Shown here: in pieces, positions 17,844-26,754 of the stretch
Position numbering within the stretch: position 1 is the first letter of the stretch
Layout of the letters: each line of letters starts with the position of its first letter
Source: Conexivisphaerales archaeon
Lineage (GTDB): Archaea; Thermoproteota; Nitrososphaeria; Conexivisphaerales; DTJL01
Reading direction: 5' to 3'
DNA: 64,000 nucleotides
Assembly (NCBI GenBank): GCA_038728585.1
Contig: JAVYTR010000002.1
Coordinates: forward strand, 228,354 to 292,353
Position numbers and translations under genes: made by a program
The notes under the pieces: model-generated
The model's database searches: none
Told to the model about the DNA's origin: nothing
Seen by the model: the letters and a program-made list of their open reading frames with translations, nothing else

Positions 17844-18741
17844 AGATTTATGTGTAGACTGTGTAATATATGAAGTTTCCTGTGTATACTGTGGATATTT
17901 TGGGTCTATTTATCTAGACAAACGCGCTACAGCACGGTACCTACACCATATTAGATATGAATATGTAATTCATGATGAAACATATATTGAATTTTTACAT
18001 GCTATAGTGACCAGACAAGAGCAACTATACAGCTCTTCTGGAGCATGTGTGTTCTTATATTTGTCCCCAAAAGCAACATAGAATTATCTACCCTCTATTT
18101 CTGTAAGGTTAAGCTCACTTAGCAAGATTATCTAGTTCAAGTCACCTACTATGGAGCACTTCAAAGTTCTCCCAAGTATGACTCCATCAATCAACCATTT
18201 GAAGAAACTGGTCGTAGATATGATAAATATCCCTTCACACACACTTAATGCTTCCAAAAAGTCTTCTGCTGTTCAGATAGAATTACTCAAACGTTTATTG
18301 GTGCGTTATTTCTGACAGTAAAGGTTGGCCTCATATCTCTAGTGCATTATTGAATGAGATTTCTATTTGTTTCCGGATATTATTCTTTCACACAGCCGAA
18401 AAATAATAATGTGTGATCCTCCCGAAGGAATCTTGGGTGTGTGTTCAATAACTGAGTGAAATAATTAATCTGTATCCATGTTAGTTATCATGCACTCTGG
18501 AGCGGAATCCTTGACTTCTATTTCTCTGTTCCAATGTTGGGTGTGACGTGAATATACAGCAAGCTTCTTGGCATGTTTTGTGAAGAATTTTTGGGTCGTT
18601 GGGATGATCATTAATACTCCAGATATTGACAGGAAAATTGTCTTTGGAATCATGCAAAACATGATCACAACAAGTAATTCATCGCTAATACATATATCGT
18701 CTTTGCGTAATTTATGTATTCGTTAACCCAAGATTGTTTGC

Positions 18742-19878
18742 TTACAAGAACTTGTTTATTATCTCTTTGAAACCAAGTGCTGTCTTATTCCAATCGAAGA
18801 AGAGAGATCTTTCATAAGCCAACTTTCCTATTTCTCTTCTCAATGCTGACGAGGCCATCAACTCGTCGACTTTTCTTAGCCAGTCAGCAGGATTATAGTC
18901 AAGAAGGTAACCAGTTTGACCCAATACCTCTGGGGTAGCACCGCTTTTATGAGCTATCACAGGCTTACCGCATGCCATAGCTTCTAACGTGGCGAGACCA
19001 AACCCTTCATTATAACCTGCGTGAAGAAAAATACTACATCTTCTGAGCAAAGTCAGCAATGTAGCTTCATCAGGATTGAGAATGATTTTAACATTTGCAT
19101 TCGCAATCGACCCCAGATATTCATAATATCTTTTTTGTCTATCACTGAAAAGCTTACTGTCAAAGGAACCAATGATAACCAACTTGTAACTTGTATTTTT
19201 TAGTGCGTTGATAAGAAAATGGAATCTCTTCTGATGACTTATTCTACCCATTGCTAGCAGGTAGTTATCATCCTCCCAAGTAGGAAAGAACTTAGAATGG
19301 TCGACACCGTTGTAGAGAAGATACGTTCTTATTTTTGGCCATAATAAATTGGCATCTCTTTCCACGTCTAGGCTTACGCAAATAGCATCACCGCAGGCAC
19401 CCAAGTCATCACTAGAGGGCGTTTTTAGCAACTTGGTTAGAGCTCTTTGAGTGAAAGTCATTTTTCGTCTCTTTGATAATCTAACCATCCATCCTTTCAA
19501 ATTGTGGAAATAAGCTACAGTTGGGACTGGCAGCCCTTCCGAAAGCAACTTGAGGTGTTCCACTTCCATTCCTCCTTTATTGACCACAACCAAATCGGGA
19601 GACCAGGCGCGAATGGCTTTGAGCATGTTTGAGTAGTTTAGGTAATCAGATAAATATGCCGGTAGCGGAATACCCAAAAGCTTGTTATGCAACGGTATTC
19701 GAACCACATCCGTCGAATCAAGATGAAAATAACCGGTTTTATGATAGTTAAGCGAAAAAAGTCTAAATTTCATTTCTCCCAGTCTATAGATGATGTTGTC
19801 CATCAACCTCCCGACACCCCCATGAACAAAGCCGTTCTGGATTAGCGCTATTTTTGGTCTCAAGCTAGTTTGAACCAC
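18742..19878 (-). CDS. family 4 glycosyltransferase
   Basis: 'GGVGRLMDN' N-terminus and EX7E region 'AGYNEGFGLATLEAMACGKPVIAHKSG'. Confidence 0.85.
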   Translation of the reverse strand: MVQTSLRPKIALIQNGFVHGGVGRLMDNIIYRLGEMKFRLFSLNYHKTGYFHLDSTDVVRIPLHNKLLGIPLPAYLSDYLNYSNMLKAIRAWSPDLVVVNKGGMEVEHLKLLSEGLPVPTVAYFHNLKGWMVRLSKRRKMTFTQRALTKLLKTPSSDDLGACGDAICVSLDVERDANLLWPKIRTYLLYNGVDHSKFFPTWEDDNYLLAMGRISHQKRFHFLINALKNTSYKLVIIGSFDSKLFSDRQKRYYEYLGSIANANVKIILNPDEATLLTLLRRCSIFLHAGYNEGFGLATLEAMACGKPVIAHKSGATPEVLGQTGYLLDYNPADWLRKVDELMASSALRREIGKLAYERSLFFDWNKTALGFKEIINKFL

Positions 19879-20154
19879 CTCGGATTAAATATCAAGCAGT
19901 TATGAGTACGCGACTGAAATTTCGGAGTTTTCAATCTCTATTTAAACGTTCAATGTATTTTGTGTATGATAATAAATAGTTTTTGATTCGTTACCGGTAA
20001 GTGATTCAATCCTAAATTTAATATTGACTGACCTCCAATATTATCCACCCTATCTAAGGCAATAACAAGAACCCATTCCAAAGACTGGTCGTCAAAAGGT
20101 CAAATCCGATTTATTGTTTGGGAATACATACCTATACTATCTGTTGTCAGAAAA

Positions 20155-21555
20155 TCACTTTGAATTTGGTTCGTTGATGACACTGGGTCTCCCAACACCC
20201 CTGTATGCAAAGCCACTTGACTTTGCCAAGAAAGGTGATATTATATCTCTTGTATCTACCATGGCAGGTTTCTCATTCATCAAGGAGGACAATTTTTTGA
20301 TATCAAGTCCCTTAAATTCGTTGTGTGCAGTACCGATTATTATACAGTCAGATGCAGAAACTGCTTCTTCTAATGTTTTTTCTACCTTAAATCCGAAGAC
20401 CTCCTCGCCTGCATACATTGGGTCATATATCTTTATTTTAGCGCCCATTGACCTGAGCCTCTTGCATATTCTTTCTACGGGGGTTAGCTGTATGTCTTTT
20501 ACATTCTGCTTGTAGGAGACTCCGAGCACGCATATTGTAGAGCCAGCAATCGTTTTGTTCACTTCGTTCATTGCTTCAAAGACCAGCTCAACCACATGCT
20601 CTGGCATCCTGTCGTTAATCTCCCTGGCCATTCTTATCAGATAAGGAATGTTACCAGCTTTGATCCCTTCTTCTATGAGGTAATATGAATTTGAGGGAAG
20701 GCATGGCCCTCCCACCCCAGGGCCAGGGTAATGAGGCATGAAGTTGTATTTTGTCGAGCATGCATTTATAACCTCTATAGTATCAATCCCCAGCTTTTCA
20801 TAAAGCAGCGCAAATTCGTTCATCAGAGCAATGTTTACATCTCTGAACAAGTTTTCAGTCAGCTTCACTGCATTAGCTGTCCTTGGATTACTGACTCGAA
20901 TGACTTTTGTTCCGAGCACTGCTTCGTACAAAGACGCTACGAGTTCTGTGTACTTCGCATCTATTCCTCCCACAACCCGAGGAAGTGACCTCATGTTCGA
21001 CAAAATGTTTCCAGGGTCAGACCTCTCTGGACAGCTGGCAAGACCGAAGTCAGCACCTGCTCGTAACCCTGATTCCTTTTCAAGAATGGGCAGTACCAGA
21101 TTTTCCGCAGTTCCCGGACCGATTGTGCTTTCAATAATTACTGTGCAACCTCTTTTCATGTTCTTTCCTATGGTTCTACATGCAGTCATGACAGCAGAAT
21201 AGTCAGGGGATTTTGTTTCTAAGACCGGGGTTGGAACGCTGACGATTACGAAATCTGACGCGGAAATTGCTGATGATGGTTCTAACGTCGCCTGTAGTTT
21301 GCCGTTCTTTACTACTTCCTTCACAATCTCGGTTAAGCCTGGTTCATCGATGAATACATTTCTGCCAGAATTTATTGATTCAACAAGTCTCGGATTGATA
21401 TCAACACCTCTAACAACGGCTCCTGCCTTTGCAAACATTGCAGCTGTTGGCAGCCCTATCCTTCCCAAGCCTACCACAGCAACTTTCACCTGACCTGAAG
21501 ACAACAATTCCCTGAAAGTCTCCGCTGATGCTTCTTTTGAACTCTCTCTTAGCAC
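20155..21555 (-). CDS. nucleotide-sugar 6-dehydrogenase (UDP-ManNAc/UDP-GlcNAc dehydrogenase-like, WecC type)
   Basis: Rossmann motif 'VAVVGLGRIGLPTAAMFAKAG', catalytic-Cys region 'PGPGVGGPCLPSNSYY' and a UDPG_MGDH three-domain length of 466 aa. It differs from the canonical Ugd at 22220..23596. Confidence 0.75.
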   Translation of the reverse strand: MLRESSKEASAETFRELLSSGQVKVAVVGLGRIGLPTAAMFAKAGAVVRGVDINPRLVESINSGRNVFIDEPGLTEIVKEVVKNGKLQATLEPSSAISASDFVIVSVPTPVLETKSPDYSAVMTACRTIGKNMKRGCTVIIESTIGPGTAENLVLPILEKESGLRAGADFGLASCPERSDPGNILSNMRSLPRVVGGIDAKYTELVASLYEAVLGTKVIRVSNPRTANAVKLTENLFRDVNIALMNEFALLYEKLGIDTIEVINACSTKYNFMPHYPGPGVGGPCLPSNSYYLIEEGIKAGNIPYLIRMAREINDRMPEHVVELVFEAMNEVNKTIAGSTICVLGVSYKQNVKDIQLTPVERICKRLRSMGAKIKIYDPMYAGEEVFGFKVEKTLEEAVSASDCIIIGTAHNEFKGLDIKKLSSLMNEKPAMVDTRDIISPFLAKSSGFAYRGVGRPSVINEPNSK

Positions 21556-22223
21556 GTCTCAGACACCTGCAGAGTAATTATATCAGTGTTATCCGCAGAT
21601 GGTTTCAAATAACTGATTGGCTCACTTGAGGTGCTACCTTTGCTGTACACTTGAGTCACCTGTTCTGTCGCTGTCTTTCGATGAACGTAGCCAGCCAAGA
21701 TCGCAAAGAATATACCCAGCAGAAGAAGTTCAGGCCTGTAACCTGCAAGACTGTAATAATTGAATGAAAAGGGAGCGAGTAGTGCAAATACTCCTGTGTC
21801 TACACTGATGTGAACTGCAAACGAAGAGACCGCCAGCAATGAATATGAAGCTGGTTTATGGAGAAGATAATAAAGTAGGATTGAGAATAAAAATACAAAC
21901 AGGATTGAATGTGCTGGCCTTATGGGCTGAGCCAGACCAATTGCTGAAGGCAGATGGTCGATATCCAGAAAGATAACAAATACTGGAGGTAAAAGGAGTA
22001 AAGAATAATCAAACCTTCTATTCGCGAGTAGAGCCAGTCCTGATACCAACATAGAAGCAGCTAACAGAACGAATTCGTGTAGAGGAATCTGGGAAATCGG
22101 TCGAAATGTCCCTATTCTCACTTCAGCAGAGCTGAATAATAGAGAGATGCCCGTGAGGAGCAATCCCAACAAGAAGTAAAGAAAGAGAATATGGACAATG
22201 TCTGCAAGTGCTCTTTTAATCAT
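21549..22223 (-). CDS. membrane protein, possibly YdjM/DUF457-type membrane-bound metal-dependent hydrolase
   Basis: 224 aa with ~6 TM helices. It has an N-terminal His ('ADIVHILF') and 'FVIFLDIDHLPS', resembling the D-x-DH motif of the YdjM family. It is translationally coupled on both sides (4- and 7-nt overlaps). Confidence 0.4.
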   Translation of the reverse strand: MIKRALADIVHILFLYFLLGLLLTGISLLFSSAEVRIGTFRPISQIPLHEFVLLAASMLVSGLALLANRRFDYSLLLLPPVFVIFLDIDHLPSAIGLAQPIRPAHSILFVFLFSILLYYLLHKPASYSLLAVSSFAVHISVDTGVFALLAPFSFNYYSLAGYRPELLLLGIFFAILAGYVHRKTATEQVTQVYSKGSTSSEPISYLKPSADNTDIITLQVSETC

Positions 22224-23596
22224 TCGTTCTTTTCATCACCCAGTTTTGTGGACTTTGAAGTACCGATGGTGACTAGCTTGACACCGCTTCCTTGGTAATC
22301 TTTCACGTTCAATATTCTTCTTGTATCAATCACCACAGCTCTTTTCATAAGCCTTTTGAATTCATCAGGCTTTATTTCCCTGAACTCGGGCCAATCAGTT
22401 GCCACTATAGCAATGTCTGCATTGCTTAGGGTCTTCGCAAGTGTGTCTGAATATTTTATGCTGTTTCCAAGTACTTCCCTCGTCTTTGGAACAGCTGCCG
22501 GGTCGAAAGCTACAACCCTTGCGCCATTGTCCAGCAATTGTTTTGCAATCCGCAACGAAGGTGAATCACGCACATCATCAGTTCCACCTTTATACGCAAG
22601 ACCAAGGAGAGCAACCCTCTTCCCTCTAAGACCCTCAGCTTCCTTTTCAGCAATTGAAACTATTACTTTCGGTTGATTGTCGTTGATTTTGAGTGCCGCT
22701 TCGAGAAGTATCGGGTCTACCTTCATGTTCCTCATAAGAGAAAGCAGTGCCTTCATATCCTTGGGAAGACAGCTGCCTCCGAACCCAGGCCCTGGCCTGA
22801 GATATCTATTATCTACCCTTGTAATCTTAGCAAAGCCATCGATTATTTCGCCCACATCAGCATTCTGCAAGGCTCCTGCCAGATTGGCTAAAGAATTTAG
22901 GAAGCTGAGCTGTACACCTCTGAAACTGTTAACTGCGTACTTTATCATTTCAGCGTTGGTGAACGAGGTCAGTATGAGAGGAGGTAAATCTGAATAGAAC
23001 CTCTTGTAGAGGTCAAGTATTACCCTTTCAGACCTGGTATCCTCTCTACCTATAATAAGTGCATCCGGATTCAGCGTATCTTTTATTGCTGAGCCTTCCC
23101 TTAACAGTTCAGGATTTACACACAAACCTATGCCTTTGCCCACCTTCTTGCCAGAAAGCCTTTCTAGAGTCGGTTTGACGAAATTGTAAGTTGTTCCCGG
23201 GATGACAGTGCTCTTCATGACAACAGTCTGGAAGTGCCCAGTTCTACTCAGAGCGATACTGATCTCTTCCACCGCTTGTTTAACATACTTTGTCTCCATG
23301 GAACCATCAGGATTGGATGGCGTACCTACAGTTATGAAGATGAAACTACCAGAAGATGCTTCATCGTCGAACTCTGTTCCGAACGAAAGGTTACCTTTAC
23401 TGATTCCTTCCTGAAGCATCTCCTTGAGCATAGCTTCATGAATCACTGGCACTCCAGACGAAACCTTCTTGACTTTGTCTGCATCTACATCTATCCCCCT
23501 AACCTTGAATCCTCTCGATGCAAAGCAGACAGCAGTTGAGAGACCAACATACCCTAGGCCGACTATTACTACATCGTATTCAGGTCTTGAACGCAA
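22220..23596 (-). CDS. ugd: UDP-glucose 6-dehydrogenase
   Basis: 'VVIVGLGYVGLSTAVCFASRGFKVRGIDVD' and catalytic 'GPGFGGSCLPKDMKALL'; 458 aa. Confidence 0.85.
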   Translation of the reverse strand: MRSRPEYDVVIVGLGYVGLSTAVCFASRGFKVRGIDVDADKVKKVSSGVPVIHEAMLKEMLQEGISKGNLSFGTEFDDEASSGSFIFITVGTPSNPDGSMETKYVKQAVEEISIALSRTGHFQTVVMKSTVIPGTTYNFVKPTLERLSGKKVGKGIGLCVNPELLREGSAIKDTLNPDALIIGREDTRSERVILDLYKRFYSDLPPLILTSFTNAEMIKYAVNSFRGVQLSFLNSLANLAGALQNADVGEIIDGFAKITRVDNRYLRPGPGFGGSCLPKDMKALLSLMRNMKVDPILLEAALKINDNQPKVIVSIAEKEAEGLRGKRVALLGLAYKGGTDDVRDSPSLRIAKQLLDNGARVVAFDPAAVPKTREVLGNSIKYSDTLAKTLSNADIAIVATDWPEFREIKPDEFKRLMKRAVVIDTRRILNVKDYQGSGVKLVTIGTSKSTKLGDEKNE

Positions 23597-23607
23597 CGAG
23601 AAAGCAC

Positions 23608-24099
23608 CTATCGTTCAGATTGAATGGTTCTAACAAGAACCATCATCGTTGCAGAAGTTGCCGCTACAAAAAGAAGTTGATGCACGGAAACAGGAACTGA
23701 AGCAAGAAAAGAAAGAGCCTCCCAGTAAATACTTGCTAGATAAATAGATGCGACACCAAGCATACAAAACTTTGCCAGTCTGGTGTCAAATCTTCGAATT
23801 GCCAGATAAGTGGGAGAGATGAGAAGCATGGACAAAATAACCTGTACCGGTTTTAATAAGGTAATGCACGAACCGCAGCTACCAGAAGCTGCAACTCCTG
23901 ATGGTAATAGCGATGACCAAGAAACTGTTGGTGTAAGACCAAACGCTATGAAAGTCAGATAGTTTGATAGCTCGTAGACAAAGACTGACCCTGTGATAAA
24001 GAGAAGCATGATAATCAGGTCTGCAATCAGTGTGTATGACCAGTTTTTGACTTTATTCCTATTCTTCGATTCAGATATTGCTGCCAGGGGTCGGACCAC
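23608..24099 (-). CDS. hypothetical 4-TM membrane protein immediately downstream of the archaeosortase
   Basis: 163 aa and hydrophobic, with a 29-nt overlap on the archaeosortase 3' end. No family recognised. Confidence 0.45.
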   Translation of the reverse strand: MVRPLAAISESKNRNKVKNWSYTLIADLIIMLLFITGSVFVYELSNYLTFIAFGLTPTVSWSSLLPSGVAASGSCGSCITLLKPVQVILSMLLISPTYLAIRRFDTRLAKFCMLGVASIYLASIYWEALSFLASVPVSVHQLLFVAATSATMMVLVRTIQSER

Positions 24100-24982
24100 C
24101 TTTTGTAGCTTTGTTCAATGAGCTTGCAGTTCTGCTCGGAACAGTTGAGATGTGCCTGAATGCTACCGACCAGAAGATTATAACCCAGACTATGAAGAGG
24201 GTGTATCCAGCATAAACGTGCATCACCTTGCCTGCTTCCACACCCAGGTATTCGAATGTTAGGAAAATAACCGCTAGTCGTACTATGTTAATTAGGAATG
24301 CTCCGGTAAAACCTGTAGCAATTAGCACTATCAGTTGCTTCCTAGTCGGTCTTGCATCAAGCAACGCCATACTCGAAAGCAAGCCGAATGCTAGTATCCC
24401 TTTGAGACCTGTGCACGGTCCGTCAACTTCGAGAGCCATCGTGTACAAGGAACCATCAGGAGTGTAGTTCTGGAGGTATACTATGTTCGGCTGGACTGGA
24501 TTGACCGATGCACTCACTCCTATTGCCCTCATGAAATCAGCCATAAGTCCGGCTAGTGAATACTGGAGGCCCAGCAGCTCGGGTACGTTGTTTTCGACCT
24601 GATATCCTGTAATCAGTATGGCTAGATACAGATAAGGTACGTAGAAGAATTTTATTGACCTAATACCATAGAAAGCAACAGATAAGGCCATGAATATCAG
24701 GAGCATGTCTATTAAACCCAGATTTGAATGACTGATTGCGTTCTCTGTGAAGTCAAGCGCAACGACAGTAATTCCTCCAACGACCTCATATATTTTGGGA
24801 TGCTCATTAAGTGACTTGAGGTTGTTCCATTTGAAGACAAACCAAGCAAATAAAATTATGCCAACCGTAAATACGAAGGGGTAGTCTATCCCTGTTCCCG
24901 GTATTATCAGAGGGATAAGGTAAGCTGCGAATACAGAAATTACGAATATCTCAGATTTTCTTGCGTGCAGTAAGGTGTTCAA
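24071..24982 (-). CDS. artC: archaeosortase-family transpeptidase (ArtC-like, inferred from the adjacent PEF-CTERM substrate)
   Basis: 303-aa polytopic membrane protein with ordered Cys ('EVDGPCTGLKGILAF'), Arg ('FLINIVRLAVIF') and His ('KVMHVYAGYTLF') motifs, as in exosortase/archaeosortase enzymes. It lies 61 nt downstream of a PEF-CTERM protein gene. Confidence 0.7.
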   Translation of the reverse strand: MNTLLHARKSEIFVISVFAAYLIPLIIPGTGIDYPFVFTVGIILFAWFVFKWNNLKSLNEHPKIYEVVGGITVVALDFTENAISHSNLGLIDMLLIFMALSVAFYGIRSIKFFYVPYLYLAILITGYQVENNVPELLGLQYSLAGLMADFMRAIGVSASVNPVQPNIVYLQNYTPDGSLYTMALEVDGPCTGLKGILAFGLLSSMALLDARPTRKQLIVLIATGFTGAFLINIVRLAVIFLTFEYLGVEAGKVMHVYAGYTLFIVWVIIFWSVAFRHISTVPSRTASSLNKATKGGPTPGSNI

Positions 24983-25025
24983 AGTACTTTAGCACCATCT
25001 TTTGTAAGCTAGCTGCCCGTGTAGT

Positions 25026-25032
25026 TAAAAAA
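25026..25032 (-). terminator. oligo-T tract (T7 on the minus strand) after the PEF-CTERM gene
   Basis: A7 on the plus strand, 12 nt beyond the stop at 25044. Oligo-T tracts act as archaeal intrinsic terminators. Read-through into artC cannot be excluded. Confidence 0.3.
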
Positions 25033-25043
25033 ATGGACAGCCT

Positions 25044-25568
25044 TCAGCTTACAACTGGCATCTTAGTTGTCTGGCGCCTTAGGGCCATGATTGCGACGAT
25101 ACCTGCACCGAGAGCCGCCAGCATACCCGCTGCGAACTCTGGAGTTGTGTTGAGCCCTGTTGTGTGTGCGGCTGTAGTTGTTGAACCTCCGCATGTACCA
25201 TCAGTTGCTGTTACAGTAAGTGATGCTACGGAACCAACAAGTGTAGGGGTGGTTACGCTCACCGTTACAGTTGCTGATCCGCTGCCACTAACAGGAACTG
25301 ATGAAGGCGAAGCAGACCAGGACCAGCCGCTCGGAGGTGAATTCGTAGTAACTGCTAGGGTTGTAGGACTGGTGAACCCGGCCCAAGTTATAGTGTAGAT
25401 CAAGGTGGATGTTGTACCTGCGGGGAGTGTAGCCTGAAGAGGACCCGATACTGAAACACCAGGACAGGGTACGTTTGTGGCGAAAGCTAAATTAGCTGAA
25501 GGTACAAGCATTAAGGCCAAGCCTATCGCAACGATTCCCAAAGCGCTCAGTAATAGTAGAGACTTCAC
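25044..25568 (-). CDS. secreted Thr/Ser-rich surface protein with PEF-CTERM sorting signal
   Basis: Signal peptide 'MKSLLLLSALGIVAIGLALMLVPSANLAFA' and one beta-sandwich-like domain ('PPSGWSWSASPSSVPVSGSGSATVTVSVTTP..SLTVTATDGT'). The C-terminus is 'TTPEF' plus 'AAGMLAALGAGIVAIMAL' plus 'RRQ' (motif, TM helix, basic cluster). Confidence 0.8.
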   Translation of the reverse strand: MKSLLLLSALGIVAIGLALMLVPSANLAFATNVPCPGVSVSGPLQATLPAGTTSTLIYTITWAGFTSPTTLAVTTNSPPSGWSWSASPSSVPVSGSGSATVTVSVTTPTLVGSVASLTVTATDGTCGGSTTTAAHTTGLNTTPEFAAGMLAALGAGIVAIMALRRQTTKMPVVS

Positions 25569-25589
25569 AACCTTACCATGCCTTAGTCC

Positions 25590-25597
25590 TTATATAA
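25590..25597 (-). promoter_or_regulatory. TATA box (TTATATAA) for the PEF-CTERM gene, leaderless geometry
   Basis: A palindromic TTATATAA preceded on the minus strand by purine-rich 'aaagg' (BRE-like). Its proximal edge is ~22 nt from the GTG start at 25568. Confidence 0.4.
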
Positions 25598-25659
25598 CCT
25601 TTAGGAACTTTAAATTCATCCGGATAGATTGTAAATCTATCATTACTGACTTTTAGCTG

Positions 25660-26754
25660 TCACTTGAATGAAGAAATGATCAGTTCTACAGAATTGTCAA
25701 GAATGAATCCACTTAGAACCCTTCGCCTTGCTTCTTGGCCATGCCGTCTAATAATTTGAGGGTTATTGAGGTAATAGCAGATAGCCTTGCTCAGCTCTGT
25801 TGGATTGGATTCAGGCACTAGCTTTCCAGTTACTCCATCTATTATAGCTTCCTTTATCCCGCCAGAATAGGTACCTATTGATGGTATTGAGTAAAAAGCA
25901 GCTTCAAGTATGACTGTCCCAAAGCCCTCGACGTCTCCAGATAGCGTCTTCGAAGGCAAAACAAGGAGGTTACTGCCGGAGATGACTTCGTACAAAAGTC
26001 TTCCTCGCAATTGACCGTGAAACGTAACTTTATTTGTTAACGATAGCCGGCTAACGATATTTCTTAGATTATTTAATTCTGGACCATCTCCTACTATGCT
26101 TAGAGTTGCATCAGGGAACTCCTTACTGACGAGATAGAAAGCTTTTATCAGATCGTCGACGCCTTTCCTCCGGACGAGCCTGCCCACAAAGATTATTCGG
26201 TTTGTAGCTTTTCTGTGGCTTGATTGCAATTGCATTTCATATGGATCGATGCATGGATAAAGAATGACAGTCTTACCAGTTACACGATTACCCAATAGTG
26301 AAGCTGTGTACATAGAGTTTACAGCTACCCTACGTGCCAGCTTCAGCGCTAGTGGTAATAAAAAGTGTTCTGACGTGAGCTTGATCCTAGCACTTAAAAT
26401 GTCCTTACCATACAACAGTGCTGTAGTCCTGATTCTAGCAAATTTAGCATAAGCCAGAATGTAGATTCCTGGCAGGGTAAGGCATCCTGTCAGCATAAAG
26501 ATTGCTTCTATCTTCATTCTTTTCAAAAAAGAAAGTAGGTTAATGAGCGTAAGAAAGAAGTTAAGCGAATGCAGACTAACGGTCAAACCATCCCCCTTTT
26601 GAAGTCTATCGGGGTTCTGATATCGCTTGGACACAAAGGAGATGAGATACGCGTTGTGACCCTTTTTCTTCAGTCCCCGGAGGTATAGCCTAGCTCTGTT
26701 CTCAATTCCTCCGACTTCCTGGGGAGGGTCGAATGTAATTATCAGCACGTTCAT
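25660..26754 (-). CDS. family 4 glycosyltransferase
   Basis: 'EVGGIENRARL' N-terminus and 'GDVEGFGTVILEAAFYSIPSIGTYSGG'. 4-nt overlap with the upstream 1216-aa gene. Confidence 0.85.
   Translation of the reverse strand: MNVLIITFDPPQEVGGIENRARLYLRGLKKKGHNAYLISFVSKRYQNPDRLQKGDGLTVSLHSLNFFLTLINLLSFLKRMKIEAIFMLTGCLTLPGIYILAYAKFARIRTTALLYGKDILSARIKLTSEHFLLPLALKLARRVAVNSMYTASLLGNRVTGKTVILYPCIDPYEMQLQSSHRKATNRIIFVGRLVRRKGVDDLIKAFYLVSKEFPDATLSIVGDGPELNNLRNIVSRLSLTNKVTFHGQLRGRLLYEVISGSNLLVLPSKTLSGDVEGFGTVILEAAFYSIPSIGTYSGGIKEAIIDGVTGKLVPESNPTELSKAICYYLNNPQIIRRHGQEARRRVLSGFILDNSVELIISSFK

Noticed and set aside
25044-25568. The possibility that the locally GC- and Thr/Ser/Ala/Gly-rich PEF-CTERM gene is a horizontally acquired insert.
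   Set aside because: The compositional shift is explained by the amino-acid bias of the encoded low-complexity surface domain. No flanking repeats or integration signatures are present.
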